Part shown: in pieces, positions 53,801 to 63,079 of the stretch
Numbering within the stretch: position 1 is the first letter of the stretch
Layout of the letters: each line of letters begins with the position of its first letter
DNA from: Octopus vulgaris
Taxonomy: Eukaryota
DNA length: 64,000 nt
Assembly: GCA_951406725.2 (NCBI GenBank)
Contig: OX597814.1
Coordinates: forward strand, 11,904,001-11,968,000
Direction of reading: 5' to 3'
The notes under the pieces: generated by a model
What the model was told of the DNA's origin: nothing
Seen by the model: the letters and a program-made list of their open reading frames with translations, nothing else
Databases searched by the model: none
Program-made: the position numbers and the translations under genes

Positions 53801-55799
53801 ATTGTATTATTGAGCTAATGATCAATCACTTAAAAAATAACAGCCAAACCTTCCTCAAATTATGCTATATTGTCTTAAACATGGAGAAATACATTGAATG
53901 ATGTTGTCCAAGATATACAACACCTGAGAAAAGATTGGGATGTTTATAACTAAAATGCTTTCAGTTATGGCTAAAATGGGCCAAAACAAGAGTAGGTCAT
54001 AAGGCAAGATTATCCTGTATTACTCTGCCTAGCTAAAAAGCAAAAAAAAACAACAAAAAAAACCCCTCTTTATTTTGCTTGGGGCCCTTTGATCTTTGTT
54101 CATCTGAACTTGGGATTGTTAGTGATGCCACCTTTCTGTAGGTATATAAATATATTTTGTTGGTTTTGAAATAAGGAGAGAGATGGCAGTAAGTGTCAAG
54201 GTATATTTATTTCTTATTGCCCACAAGGGACTAAACATAGAGGGGACAAACAAAGACAGACAAAGGGATTAAGTCGATTACATCGACCCCAGTGTGTAAT
54301 TGGTACTTAATTTATCGACCCCTAAAGTATAAAAGGCAAAGTCGACCTTGGCGGAATTTGAACTCAGAACGTAATGGCAGACGAAATACCACTAAACATT
54401 TCGCCCGGTGTGCTAACGTTTCTGCCAGCTCGTCGCCTTAAGGTATACTTGAGGGTCAAGGTATACTTGCAAGGAACAAGAATCAGGGCATAGATGGTAT
54501 GGTGGAGTAAGGAAGAGAGAGATGAATGGTAGCCAAGAAGTTGCGAGTAGGGAGTTGGAGTGGGGAATGATGTGACTGGTGAGAATCTGGGTATATAGAG
54601 TGGGAGGGGATAGGGGGGGATGCAATGGTACGGCGAGCAGGGTAGGGAGGACTGGATTGGGGAGTGGGGGATAATCGTGTATGAAGAGGAAATGTGAGGA
54701 AGGGAAGAAAATCAGTTTGGGAATAGGGGATGTAGTTTGGTTTGTTGGGGTAAGGTGTGTGAAAATTTTATGTGTGGGTGGAACACAACGCTTCTAGAAC
54801 TCGGGTTTACTGACATGGGTGGGTCTTCTCCAGAGCCTCATATCACCAGGCATCACAGTCCACTGTCATTTCCTCTGCGAGCCCCAAAATCTTGTGATTG
54901 GTCCTCACCACTTCATCCAACTTATTTACTTAGGAAAATTATTTGTGAATATTGTAATTTAATAATCTCATTATTGTCTCTCTCTTCTCTCTTTCAGGAT
55001 AACATTATATATGGAGACCAACCTGGTAATGGAGGTGTTGGAGCCGGTGTTGGTGCTGCAGGTGGTGGTGGTGGAGGTGGTGTTGCTGCTGCTGATGGTC
55101 AGCACAACAACGCAGCAGCGCCTGCTGGAAATGAGCCTGCAGCGGCAGCGGCAGCAGCTGATGCTGCCAACGAGCCTGCTGCTCAGGTGGCAGGAACAGC
55201 AGCGGCGAATAACGGCTCCGCTGACCAGACCAACAACCAAGCAGCTGCTCCCCCCCCCTCCTCCGCAGCAGCTTCCCCCACCACCGCCGCCGCCACCTCC
55301 ACCCCCAGCTCCTGCACCAGCACCACCTCAAGTCCAAGCTGGACTTGGAGCTGTCCATCAGGCTATGCTTCAAGGTGGTGGGCCAACTGGTTTTCAAGCA
55401 TATAAAAGATCATCTTTTTTCTCTATACGGGTAAGATTATATATATATATATATATATATATTATTTTATTCTTTCACTTGTTTCAGTTAGGGATTTTTT
55501 AAGCCAAACAAATCGACCCCAGGACTTATTTTTTAAAAGCCTAGTACTTACTCAAACCACTAAATTACAGGGACATAAACAAACCAACACCAGTTGTCAA
55601 GTGATAGTGAGGGGACAAGCACACACACACACATACATATATATACACAATGAGCTTCTTTCAGCTTCTGCCTACCAAATCCATTCACAAGGCTTTGTTT
55701 AGCCTGAGGCTATAGAAGACACTTGCCAAGGTGTGACACAGTGTGACTGGTACTGGAACCGTGTGCTTGCACTGCGAGCTTTTTACCACACAGCCATAC

Positions 55800-55844
<45 letters not shown>

Positions 55845-58800
55845 CATATGTTTATTATTTTACTAGTTTCAGTCATTGGACTGGGTCTGCCTTGTAGGCT
55901 ATAGTGAATTAACCTGCAGTGCTTAACTTTATTGGCAGGTTCTTATATTCTATTGACATTGGCGTGATGAAAGGCTTTGTGAACCTGGTTGGGATTTGAA
56001 CTTGGCATGTAGAGGGTTTATAATTAAATACCACAATGTATTTTGTTTATGGGATCTTCCTTGACTACATTAGACCATTTTTATCACTCTGTCTCATTCT
56101 CTGATCACTAAGAATATGTATAGGAAGTTGCTTCAAAACATCTGTACACAATACACTCTAACGTCACCATTTCTATATTGCCAACCATCACTCTCTTTTG
56201 GGCTACTTCTATTGTTACCTATCACCCCCACTCTTGCCTCTGTCCACCTCTGCTATTGCCCATCACAACCCTCCCATGTTTATTCTAGTAACTCTGTCTA
56301 CTGTCATACTCCTGCTCCTTTCACCCATCCATTCTAGCCTTTCTACTGTCGTTGCTCTCTCTTCCTCTTTCCTTCTTTGATCACATTACTTGATCGAAAG
56401 TCTGTGTCTGAGGTTACTGTGTACTATCTACGTTTACTGTGTACAGAGCACCCCATCTGCTCTGCTGGTGCTCGAATGGAAAGCCACCTCACCTCTGCAC
56501 CCTCTAGAGTGACTTGTGAACATGCAGTGGAAAAAGGGTTAAGAGGTCTCTTTTGTCTTCTCTCATTGGGGATTGACAACCTCTGCAGTGCATTTGCCCC
56601 ATGGGAAATTCACTCAGTACACAGTGTAAAGTGGATAGCAATGACTGAAAGAACTGTAGGGATAAGAAGTCCCTTGAGTTCTGTCTTGCCCTAAAGTGGC
56701 TGGTATTAGGAAGGGCATTCAGCTGTAGACACCAAGCCAAAATGTCACACATGTGTATCAGTTTGTCTTGTTCTCATCACATTGGGACCCATTTTGCTCC
56801 CAGTGTAAAACATGGGATTGTGGTAACCTGCTCAACCCATACAGCATGGAAAGTAGCTGTAAAAATAGGGGTGAGGACATACCTCAATAGACTTTGTCTG
56901 ACCCATGCAAACAGGAAAATTGATGTTTAGACAATGATGATGTATTTACTTTAGGGAAATTGCTGGCAGAATCAGTAGAGCAGCAGGCAAAATAAATTGT
57001 AGCATTTCTTTAATAAGTCCTTTTGGGTTCTGAGTTCAAATTTCACTGTGGTTCACTTTGTCTTTTATTTATTTAGAGTTTGATGAAATAAAATGTATTT
57101 AAGTACTGAGGGTCAATTAAATTGTTTATACTCTTTGCCAGAATTTGTTGCTTTTGCCTAAGATATAGATTTTATTATTTTTTCCAGTGAGGGTAAAATG
57201 CTGGAATTTTAAAATCCTTACTGAGTGATTATTGTATTGTGCTCTTAAGCAAGACATTTAACTTTAAGCCTTGAGCCTCTAAAGTGTTGCTCAATCTTCT
57301 AGAAATGTCTGCCAAATCTTCCTCACATTACTCCTTTGTCTACACATTTGACTGTGTAGTCTTCAATATTCAAAAGGATGTTCATGACTAGGATGCTTTT
57401 GATCATAGGTATTCCTAGTCATGGCTGAGCTGTGGCTAAACTACTGCAAATCATAGAGAAATTAAATATCAAATGTAAGCTTGTATTTGCTTATATACTC
57501 ATGCACATTCAGATATTATGTACATACATAGGCGCAGGAGTGGCTATGTGGTAAGTAGCTTGCTAACCAACCACATGGTTCCGGGTTCAGTCCCACTGCG
57601 TGGCATCTTGGGCAAGTGTCTTCTGCTATAGCCCCAGGCCGACCAATGCCTTGTGAGTGGATTTGGTAGATGGAAACTGAAAGAAGCCTCATAGATATTC
57701 ATATACATATATATATATATATATATGTATGTGTTTGTGTGTCTGTGTTTGACCCCTAGCATTGCTTGACAACCGATGCTGGTGTGTTTACGTCCCCGTC
57801 ACTTAGCGGTTCGGCAAAAGAGACCGATAGAATAAGTACTGGGCTTACAAAGAATAAGTCCCGGGGTCGATTTGCTCGACTAAAGGCGGTGCTCCAGCAT
57901 GGCCGCAGTCAAATGACTGAAACAAGTAAAAGAGTAAAAGAGAGAGTAAAGAGTATATATACACATACATTTATAAATCTAGAGTATTTTTAACCTGACC
58001 CACTTGAGAGTCTCTTCTGTTTCTACAATACAAATTTCCTATTTTAAAGTTTTCTAAACTGAAATCTTCCATCAAAATTTCATGTTAATTTGTTTCAAAC
58101 ACCAGCTTAATAAAAATTATTTCACTAAATTCTTCATTATTCTAAAAATTTATTAAAATAAAGGAAAGTGTATTTCAACAGAACTGTAATAAGGATATAA
58201 TTAAAAGATATTATTTTAATTCTGTTCTTTTTTTTTATCTTTTCAGGTATTCCTCCTTGTTGTCTTTATGTGTATCACTTTATTTATTGCTAGTTTGATC
58301 TCGTTAGTAGTTCCAGGTAAGTCTTGGAGAAAATTTTATTTTTGTTCCTTGTTAACCATTGTCCGTTAAATCCATGCTGTATCTTTTATTTCACTTAGAA
58401 TTTACTGAAATTTATAAGCGATTTGTTTTGTAAGACATGCTATGTTATATGGCTGAGAAACAGCTTGAATATATACTTGTTGGATGTAATTAAGGAAAAT
58501 GAATTTCCTGTTTCTATTACTTTCATCATTATTATATGAATATGTCATATATCTGTCTTTGGTTTTTAGTATTATAAATGTGAAAAAAAAAAAAATGCAT
58601 GTTGGAGCTATAGCTGCTTCAGCTAAAAACCAATACTTAGTTATGAAATATTGATATTTTCTTAACTGAGTTTTGTGTTGTTTTATGGCTTAGCTGGAAT
58701 GACATAGGCATTGCCCATCACTTTATGCAGTATCTGTGACCTTTTACAGGACTTTTGGCCTATTGCAAAACCTCTGACTTTTTAATTGAGCCTCTGCTGC

Positions 58801-60190
58801 TGGGCTAAGGTAAATGGCGAAAGAAATCCTAATTCATGAGTTGTTGCTGTAGGAAGTAACTCACTGAGTTATCTTGAGATTGACTACATGGTCTGAATGT
58901 TTGCTACAGAATGAACTTCTCTGTATGTATTGACTGGGTGGTGGTTTTAAACTGAGTGATGGAGTAGCTCTGCTGTCCAACATGTGGCAATTTTCCTGTG
59001 AAGTTAACATATTGAATTCTAGTACTACATGGTTATGGGTTCAGACTTTACTATGCCAACCATTGTTATTCTATTAGCATCTAATAGTAAATTGATGTGT
59101 TCAACAATTTACTAATTAAATATATGTATATATATATATATCAAGAACAATCTTACTTAGAAAGGGATGCGTGCGTTCCGTCATATAATATATTAATGAA
59201 TAAAACATATGCATATGTATATACATATATGTACGTACCTACCTCTACATGTATATATACACGCATATATGAGTACAGGACAAATAACACAAGGAAAAAA
59301 ACCCTTCTTCAGTCACCATGGTTTCATCTACTCTACGTTTCGAAGGTGCTTTGAAACGTAGAGTAGATGAAACCATGGTGACTGAAGAAGGGGTTTTTTT
59401 CCTTGTGTTATTTGTCCTGTACTCTATTTTTTGTTGTTTAAGAAAAATGTCCAGTTCCTTGGGTTTGTGTCTGTTTTCGTTTCTCATTGTGTTCGACGTT
59501 TTTTTGGTGTCCTGTACTCATATATGCGTGTATATATACATGTAGAGGTAGGTACGTACATATATGTATATATATATATGCATATGTTTTATTTATTAAT
59601 ATATATATATATATATAAATTCAGAACCCTACTGTACTCAGCCTACCATGGAAAAAACATATGTAATCCTCATTATCTTAATATTAATTTTTCAATGAAT
59701 TAAATGAGCCCAAAATATAGCATATTATTACTTTATTTGATACTTTTATATGACCTGTTAAGCCCAACATCCAAAAATCTGACCTCAGTATTTCTTTCTA
59801 TGTCTTAGCTTTTCCTCTGCTATTCATATTTGCTACTATCAGCATGTGTTGCTTTTTCACTTGGCTGGTGCTACCTGTTTGCATTATAAGTCCTTATCAA
59901 AGTCATTACCAAAAAAAAAAAACAAAAGCAAACACAAAAATAAAAGGTTGTGTTTTTTTTCTCTATTTTTTCTTCTATTGAATTATATACTATTATTGAA
60001 TATTTCAGTTTTCATTGGCCGTAAAATAATGGCTATTTGGATGGGGGATGCCAAGGTCCATGAACTGTACACTGCTGCATGTGGTCTCTATATGTGTTGG
60101 TTACTTTTGAGAATAGCTACTGTACTTTACAACTGGATTCCACAAGGGACCGCTGTTATCATGAAGAAGCTCAAAGAGTGGGCTATTTTG
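11861..60190 (+). CDS. MARCHF6: E3 ubiquitin-protein ligase MARCHF6 (TEB4/Doa10 ortholog), 18 coding exons, 5' and 3' partial
   Basis: Spliced translation gives the RING-CH domain ([56 protein letters not shown]) followed by MARCH6-typical segments ([64 protein letters not shown]). All introns are GT-AG with matching phases; one frameshift in exon 54998-55430. Confidence 0.97.
12072..14255. repeat. 67-bp tandem array, ~32-33 near-identical copies
   Basis: Unit tagttccttccatacagtttgcctatacattaggatggcaagacatctctgataatcctgaaggtct; period 67 (cattaggatg at 12301 and 12368). Confidence 0.97.
15372..15600. mobile_element. TTAA/piggyBac-like MITE family A (opposite orientation)
   Basis: TTAACCCTTTCGTTAC...GTAACAAAAGGGTTAA. 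Confidence 0.8.
15716..15943. mobile_element. TTAA/piggyBac-like MITE family B (opposite orientation)
   Basis: TTAACCCTTTAG...GAATGCTAAAGGGTTAA. Confidence 0.72.
16563..16636 (+). CDS. MARCHF6: MARCHF6 exon, RING-CH C-half ([24 protein letters not shown])
   Basis: ttgcag acceptor, gtaagt donor, 74 nt, in phase with the previous exon. Confidence 0.96.
17313..17852. repeat. Compound (CA)n / CACAAACT microsatellite, ~540 bp
   Basis: Directly visible; expanded from the central microsatellite of a family-1 SINE. Confidence 0.95.
19117..19350 (+). mobile_element. SINE family 2 (Nin/Deu-domain-like) with target-site duplication
   Basis: B box GAGTTCAAATTCC, core gcctttcatcctttcggggtcgataaattaagtaccag, flanking repeat aggtagtatagagaacag. 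Other copies at ~7678-7880(-), 38659-38886(+), 39313-39540(+), 41688-41912(-), 54207-54438(-), 63722-63925(+). Confidence 0.8.
19872..20190 (-). mobile_element. CR1-type LINE 3' end nested inside a SINE
   Basis: Minus-strand [28 protein letters not shown] with (TTA)n tail; splits the SINE at 19645-20361. Confidence 0.75.
21389..21740 (-). mobile_element. Non-autonomous Helitron
   Basis: Minus-strand 3' end: hairpin CCCGAGCAACGCCGGG followed by CTAG|T. Confidence 0.75.
23950..25080 (-). mobile_element. Highly decayed LINE reverse-transcriptase remnants
   Basis: Weak motifs KAFD (~24110) and FIKS..VHPILQF (~24920); many stops. Confidence 0.35.
25102..25517 (+). mobile_element. tRNA-derived SINE family 1, full length
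   Basis: A box TGGCTGTGTGG, B box GGTTCAGTCCC, central TA/TG microsatellite, (GTAAAAGA)n tail. Other copies at ~6383-6735(-), 9350-9610(+), 14757-15080(-), 17125-17330(-), 19645-20361(-), 47037-47405(+), 55465-55802(-), 60606-61013(+). Confidence 0.85.
25650..25793 (+). CDS. MARCHF6: MARCHF6 exon ([18 protein letters not shown]...WLGVVPLTA)
   Basis: Long pyrimidine tract plus cag, gtaagt donor, 144 nt. Confidence 0.96.
28195..28582 (-). mobile_element. tRNA-derived SINE family 1
   Basis: Reverse complement of 25102-25517 at high identity. Confidence 0.85.
29003..29387 (-). mobile_element. Non-autonomous Helitron
   Basis: A|TCTCTCTCTATATAAACGGCAG 5' end; 3' hairpin and CTAG|T; 3' ~110 bp shared with the 21389 copy. 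Confidence 0.78.
29614..29842. mobile_element. TTAA/piggyBac-like MITE family A
   Basis: TTAACCCTTTCATTAC...GTAACGAAAGGGTTAA; degenerate relatives near 38080-38270 and 57990-58190. Confidence 0.8.
30130..30495 (+). mobile_element. Non-autonomous Helitron
   Basis: A|TCTCTATATATATAAACGGCA 5' end (shared with the 29003 copy) and CTAG|T 3' end with hairpin. Confidence 0.75.
30953..31025 (+). CDS. MARCHF6: MARCHF6 exon ([25 protein letters not shown])
   Basis: ttttcag acceptor, gtaagt donor, 73 nt. Confidence 0.95.
31068..32300. repeat. Diverged direct duplication (~31068-31600 vs ~31879-32300)
   Basis: Shared gtagttgaa.aatattcttaagg...gaagaggactggtccc...gaggaatttcatag blocks. Confidence 0.85.
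33487..33640 (+). CDS. MARCHF6: MARCHF6 exon ([42 protein letters not shown]...QGR)
   Basis: tttcag acceptor, gtaagt donor, 154 nt. Confidence 0.95.
34094..34319. mobile_element. TTAA/piggyBac-like MITE family B
   Basis: TTAACCCTTTAG...GAATGCTAAAGGGTTAA. Confidence 0.72.
34565..35020. repeat. Long inverted repeat, ~215-bp arms and ~23-nt loop
   Basis: cagtctagtgagaagggg...ttttgactg versus cagtcaaaa...ccccttcccactagactg. Confidence 0.93.
35615..35957 (-). mobile_element. tRNA-derived SINE family 3 (Arg-like head)
   Basis: Minus-strand head tggcccagtggttagggcagc...ggtttcgattccc; near-identical copy at 46551-46934. Confidence 0.8.
36818..37022 (+). CDS. MARCHF6: MARCHF6 exon, Gly/Ala/Asn/Glu-rich loop ([10 protein letters not shown]...NNAAQ)
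   Basis: ttccag acceptor, gtgagt donor, 205 nt. Phase 0 to phase 1 exactly bridges the flanking exons. Confidence 0.9.
37048..37267. mobile_element. TTAA/piggyBac-like MITE family B, 25 nt after a splice donor
   Basis: TTAACCCTTTAG...ATAAAGGGTTAA; internal similarity to the other B copies. Confidence 0.72.
37857..38060 (-). mobile_element. Second RTE-like LINE 3' end
   Basis: [39 protein letters not shown]-terminus with (GAT)n tail. Confidence 0.65.
40453..40514 (+). CDS. MARCHF6: MARCHF6 exon ([21 protein letters not shown])
   Basis: ccttag acceptor, gtaagt donor, 62 nt. Confidence 0.95.
41503..42062 (+). mobile_element. tRNA-derived CORE-like SINE interrupted by a family-2 SINE
   Basis: tagctcagtggttagagcg...gagttcgattcc head and ttgagcaagacactt core; minus-strand family-2 copy at 41688-41912. 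Confidence 0.65.
42703..42735 (+). CDS. MARCHF6: MARCHF6 33-nt exon ([11 protein letters not shown])
   Basis: ttttcag acceptor, gtaagt donor; conserved GLDGS motif. Confidence 0.94.
43942..43993 (+). CDS. MARCHF6: MARCHF6 exon ([17 protein letters not shown])
   Basis: cttcag acceptor, gtaagt donor, 52 nt. Confidence 0.95.
44649..44707 (+). CDS. MARCHF6: MARCHF6 exon ([20 protein letters not shown])
   Basis: ttccag acceptor, gtaagt donor, 59 nt. Confidence 0.94.
44733..45188. repeat. ~21-bp pyrimidine minisatellite (ttttcttttctcgtctctctc)n
   Basis: Directly visible; 19-21 bp units. Confidence 0.95.
45313..45422 (+). CDS. MARCHF6: MARCHF6 exon ([22 protein letters not shown]...VRIKR)
   Basis: atag acceptor, gtatgt donor, 110 nt. 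Confidence 0.92.
45503..46079. mobile_element. Mariner-like MITE carrying an inserted RTE-tail element
   Basis: GGGG..TGCTGAAAAGTTC...GGAACTTTCCAGCACCCCTTG|TA termini; insert 45599-45948 flanked by attccactctc. Confidence 0.65.
46551..46934 (-). mobile_element. tRNA-derived SINE family 3 (Arg-like head)
   Basis: High identity to 35615-35957; A and B boxes present. Confidence 0.8.
48306..48420 (+). CDS. MARCHF6: MARCHF6 exon ([38 protein letters not shown])
   Basis: tcaag acceptor (an in-frame cag lies 6 nt downstream), gtaagt donor, 115 nt. Confidence 0.92.
48813..48894. repeat. 82-nt hairpin (29-bp arms, one mismatch)
   Basis: aggcaatctttatatccaacttaatgtgg / ccacattaagttagatataaagattgcct. 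Confidence 0.9.
50092..50295 (+). CDS. MARCHF6: MARCHF6 exon ([10 protein letters not shown]...[16 protein letters not shown])
   Basis: tttcag acceptor, gtaatt donor, 204 nt. Confidence 0.96.
50425..50925 (-). mobile_element. CR1-type LINE 3' end
   Basis: [40 protein letters not shown]...[13 protein letters not shown]. Confidence 0.88.
51449..51499 (+). CDS. MARCHF6: MARCHF6 exon ([17 protein letters not shown])
   Basis: tttcag acceptor, gtgagt donor, 51 nt. Confidence 0.94.
53363..53647 (+). CDS. MARCHF6: MARCHF6 exon ([14 protein letters not shown]...[20 protein letters not shown]...ALTEQ)
   Basis: ttgtag acceptor, gtaggt donor, 285 nt. Confidence 0.96.
54998..55430 (+). CDS. MARCHF6: MARCHF6 exon, Gly/Ala/Pro-rich loop ending [30 protein letters not shown]; apparent +1 frameshift
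   Basis: ctttcag acceptor, gtaaga donor. Length 433 nt (3n+1) although both flanking junctions are phase 0; the frame switches around C9 at 55250-55258. Confidence 0.85.
57531..57953 (+). mobile_element. tRNA-derived SINE family 1, full length
   Basis: Near-identical to 25102-25517. Confidence 0.85.
58247..58316 (+). CDS. MARCHF6: MARCHF6 exon ([23 protein letters not shown])
   Basis: tttcag acceptor, gtaagt donor, 70 nt. Confidence 0.94.
59188..59604. repeat. Long inverted repeat with an asymmetric ~85-nt bulge
   Basis: 59271-59343 pairs with 59351-59424; 59188-59281 pairs with 59509-59604. Confidence 0.92.
60009..60190 (+). CDS. MARCHF6: MARCHF6 exon ([28 protein letters not shown]...KLKEWAIL)
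   Basis: tttcag acceptor, gtaagc donor, 182 nt. Confidence 0.96.
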
Positions 60191-60726
60191 GTAAGCCTCT
60201 TTTGTAAAATTTTATCTTTGTTATTCTATGAGTTTTTTGTTCAATTAAATATTCATAAATTTCTTGAAATATATATCAGAAACAAATATAATGTCTAACT
60301 TTTTTGTGTTATAAGCAATGTTATGTATACTGTATTGTGTGAAGGTTTAAAGTCAATTCATTCCATAATTTGTCAGATATAACTATTTAAAGTTGGCAGC
60401 TTAATTTTGATAAACAATAGCTGGTTAAATGTCAGTATTAGTATTATCACATGAGAAAAGTTTCTTTAGATTCACCTGAGCTGATTTTTTTTTTTTTAAG
60501 AATGCTTATTGAATTCTTTATAGGTCAAAAGTAGGGTCATTTTTTTCATTTAATTTGAACATAGAGACAAAGTAAATCAGAGTTGTGGAGTTGTGTATTG
60601 TCTTACCAACCACATGGTTCCGGGTTCATTCCCACTGCATGGCACCTTGGGCAAGTGTCTTCTATAGCCTTGGGCCGACCAAAGCCTTGAGTGGATTTAG
60701 CAGACGGAAACTGAAAGAAGCTCGTC

Positions 60727-60782
<56 letters not shown>

Positions 60783-61652
60783 GTGTGTATATGTTTGTGT
60801 GTCTGTATTTGTTCCCCCAGCATCGCTTGACAATTGATGGTGGTGTGTTTACGTCCCCGTAACTTAGCAGTTCAGCAAAAGAGACCGACAGAATAAGTAC
60901 TAGGCTTCCAAAGAATAAGTCCTGGGGTCGATTTGCTTGACTAAAGGCGGTGCTCCAGCATGGCCTCAATCAAATGACTGAAACAAGTAAAAGGTAAAAG
61001 ATGAAGATAAAAGATAGAGACAAAGTAAATCAGAGTTGTGTATTGTCTTAATCAACCAAGCAGTTTCATAATGAGTTTTTGTTATAATACAGGGTGGGGC
61101 AGAGAGGACGGACGTTTTTGAAAGATTCACAAAAATCATTAATTTTAGCTGCAAACAAATTTTATTGGCATCAATGTGTTTGAATTGAGTGGCTGTGTGG
61201 TAAGTAGCTTGCTAACCAACCACATGGTTCCGGGTTCAGTCCCACTGCGTGGCATCTTGGGCAAGTGTCTTCTGCTATAGCCTCGGGCCGACCAATGCCT
61301 TGTGAGTGGATTTGGTAGACGGAAACTGAAAGAAGCCTGTCGTATATGTGTATATATATTTATGTGCCACCGACACGGGTGCCAGCCTCGTCTGGCACCT
61401 GTGTCGGTGGCTACAAACACCATCCGAGCGTGGCCGTCTGCCAGCCTCGTCTGGCACCTGTGTCGGTGGCACATAAAATCACCCACTACACTCTCGGAGT
61501 GGTTGGCGTTAGGAAGGGCATCCAGCTGTAGAAACACTGCCAGATCTGACTGGCCTGGTGTAGCCTTCGGGCTTGCCAGACCCCAGTTGAACCGTCCAAC
61601 CCATGCTAGCATGGAAAGCGGACGTTAAACGATGATGATGATGATATATATA

Positions 61653-62880
61653 TCATCATCATCATCGTTTAACGTCCGTTCTCCATGCTAGCATGGGTTG
61701 GACGGTTCGACCGAGGATCTGGGAAGCCAGAGGCTGCACCAGGCTCCAGTCTTATCTGGCAGTGTTTCTACAGCTGGATGCCCTTCCTAACGCCAACCAC
61801 TCCGTGAGTGTAGTGGGGTGCTTTTACGTGTCACCTGCACAGGTGCCAGGCGAGGCTAGCAACGGCCACGGTCGGATTGGTGTATTTTATGTGCCACCGG
61901 CACGGAAGCCAGACGAGGCGGTGCTGGCATCGGCCACGAGTCGGATGGTGTATTTTATGTGCCACCGGCACGGAAGCCAGACGAGGCGGTGCTGGCATCG
62001 GCCACGAGTCGGATGGTGCTTTTTACGTACCACCAGACCAGGGATCCTGGCTGGTACAATTCGATTTCGATTTCCCCAACATGTCTTCGCAAGCAAGGGG
62101 GTTGGCATGGGTGCCTGTTGTACGGTCAGATTGGTGTATTTTACGTGCCACCGGCACGGAAGCCAGTGGAGGCGGCGCTGGCGTCGGCCACGAGTCGGAT
62201 AGTGCTTTTTACGTACCACCAGACCAGGGAACCTGGCTGGTTCAATTCGATTTCGCTTGCCCCAACATGTCTTCGCAAGCAAGGGGGTTGGCATGGGTGC
62301 CTGTCGTACGGTCAGATTGGTGTATTTTATGTGCCACCGGCACAGAAGCCAGTGGAGGCGGCGCTGGCATCAGCCACGAGTCGGATAGTGCTTTTTACGT
62401 ACCACCAGACCAGGGATCCTGGCTGGTTCAATTCGATTTTGACTTTGATTTCGATTTCGCTTGCCTCAACATGTCTTCACATGGGTGCCTGTCGTTGGAT
62501 GAGGTTCTATATCGACTTCGCTTGCCCCAACAGGTCTTTGTGTCCAAGGGAGGAAAGGCATTCATAAGTGGGCTGGGCTCACTTGTCCTGCCTGGTCTTC
62601 TCACGTACAGAATATTTCCAAAGGTCTCGGTCGCTGGTCATTTCCTCAGTGAGGCCTAAAGTTCGAAGGTCGTGCATCACCACCTCGTCCCAGGTTTTCC
62701 TGGGTCTACCTCTTCCACGGGTTCCCTCAACTGCTAAGGATTGGCACTTTCTCACACACCTATCTTCATCCATTCTCGCCACATGACCATACCAGCGCAA
62801 TCGTCTCTCTTGCACACCACAACTGATGCCTCTTAGGTACAACATTTCTCTCAAGGTGCTAACGCTCTGTCGAGTATGTA
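61653..62880 (-). mobile_element. RTE-clade LINE 3' fragment with internal tandem repeats
   Basis: ORF 62579-62896 reads RRLRWYGHVARMDEDR...RGRGRPRKTWDEVV; same 3' tail as 8215-9270. Confidence 0.85.
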
Positions 62881-63079
62881 CACGTCCCCCTAGCATTGCT
62901 TGACAACCGATGCTGGTGTGTTTATGTCCCCGTCACTTAGCGGTTCGGCAAAAGAGACCGATAGAATAAGTACTGGGCTTACAAAGAATAAGTCCTGGGG
63001 TCGATTTGGTCGACTAAAGGCGGTGCTCCAGCATGGCCTCAGTCAAATGACTGAAACAAGTAAAAGAGTAAAAGAGAGC

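Noticed and set aside
54540-54740. Functional G-quadruplex upstream of an exon
   Set aside because: G-runs are present, but similar purine-rich decayed repeats recur in the window (19370-19620, 22680-22940), so there is no specific support.
61693-62659. 260-aa and 202-aa repetitive ORFs
   Set aside because: They come from GC-rich tandem modules antisense to an RTE 3' UTR, with no recognisable domain.
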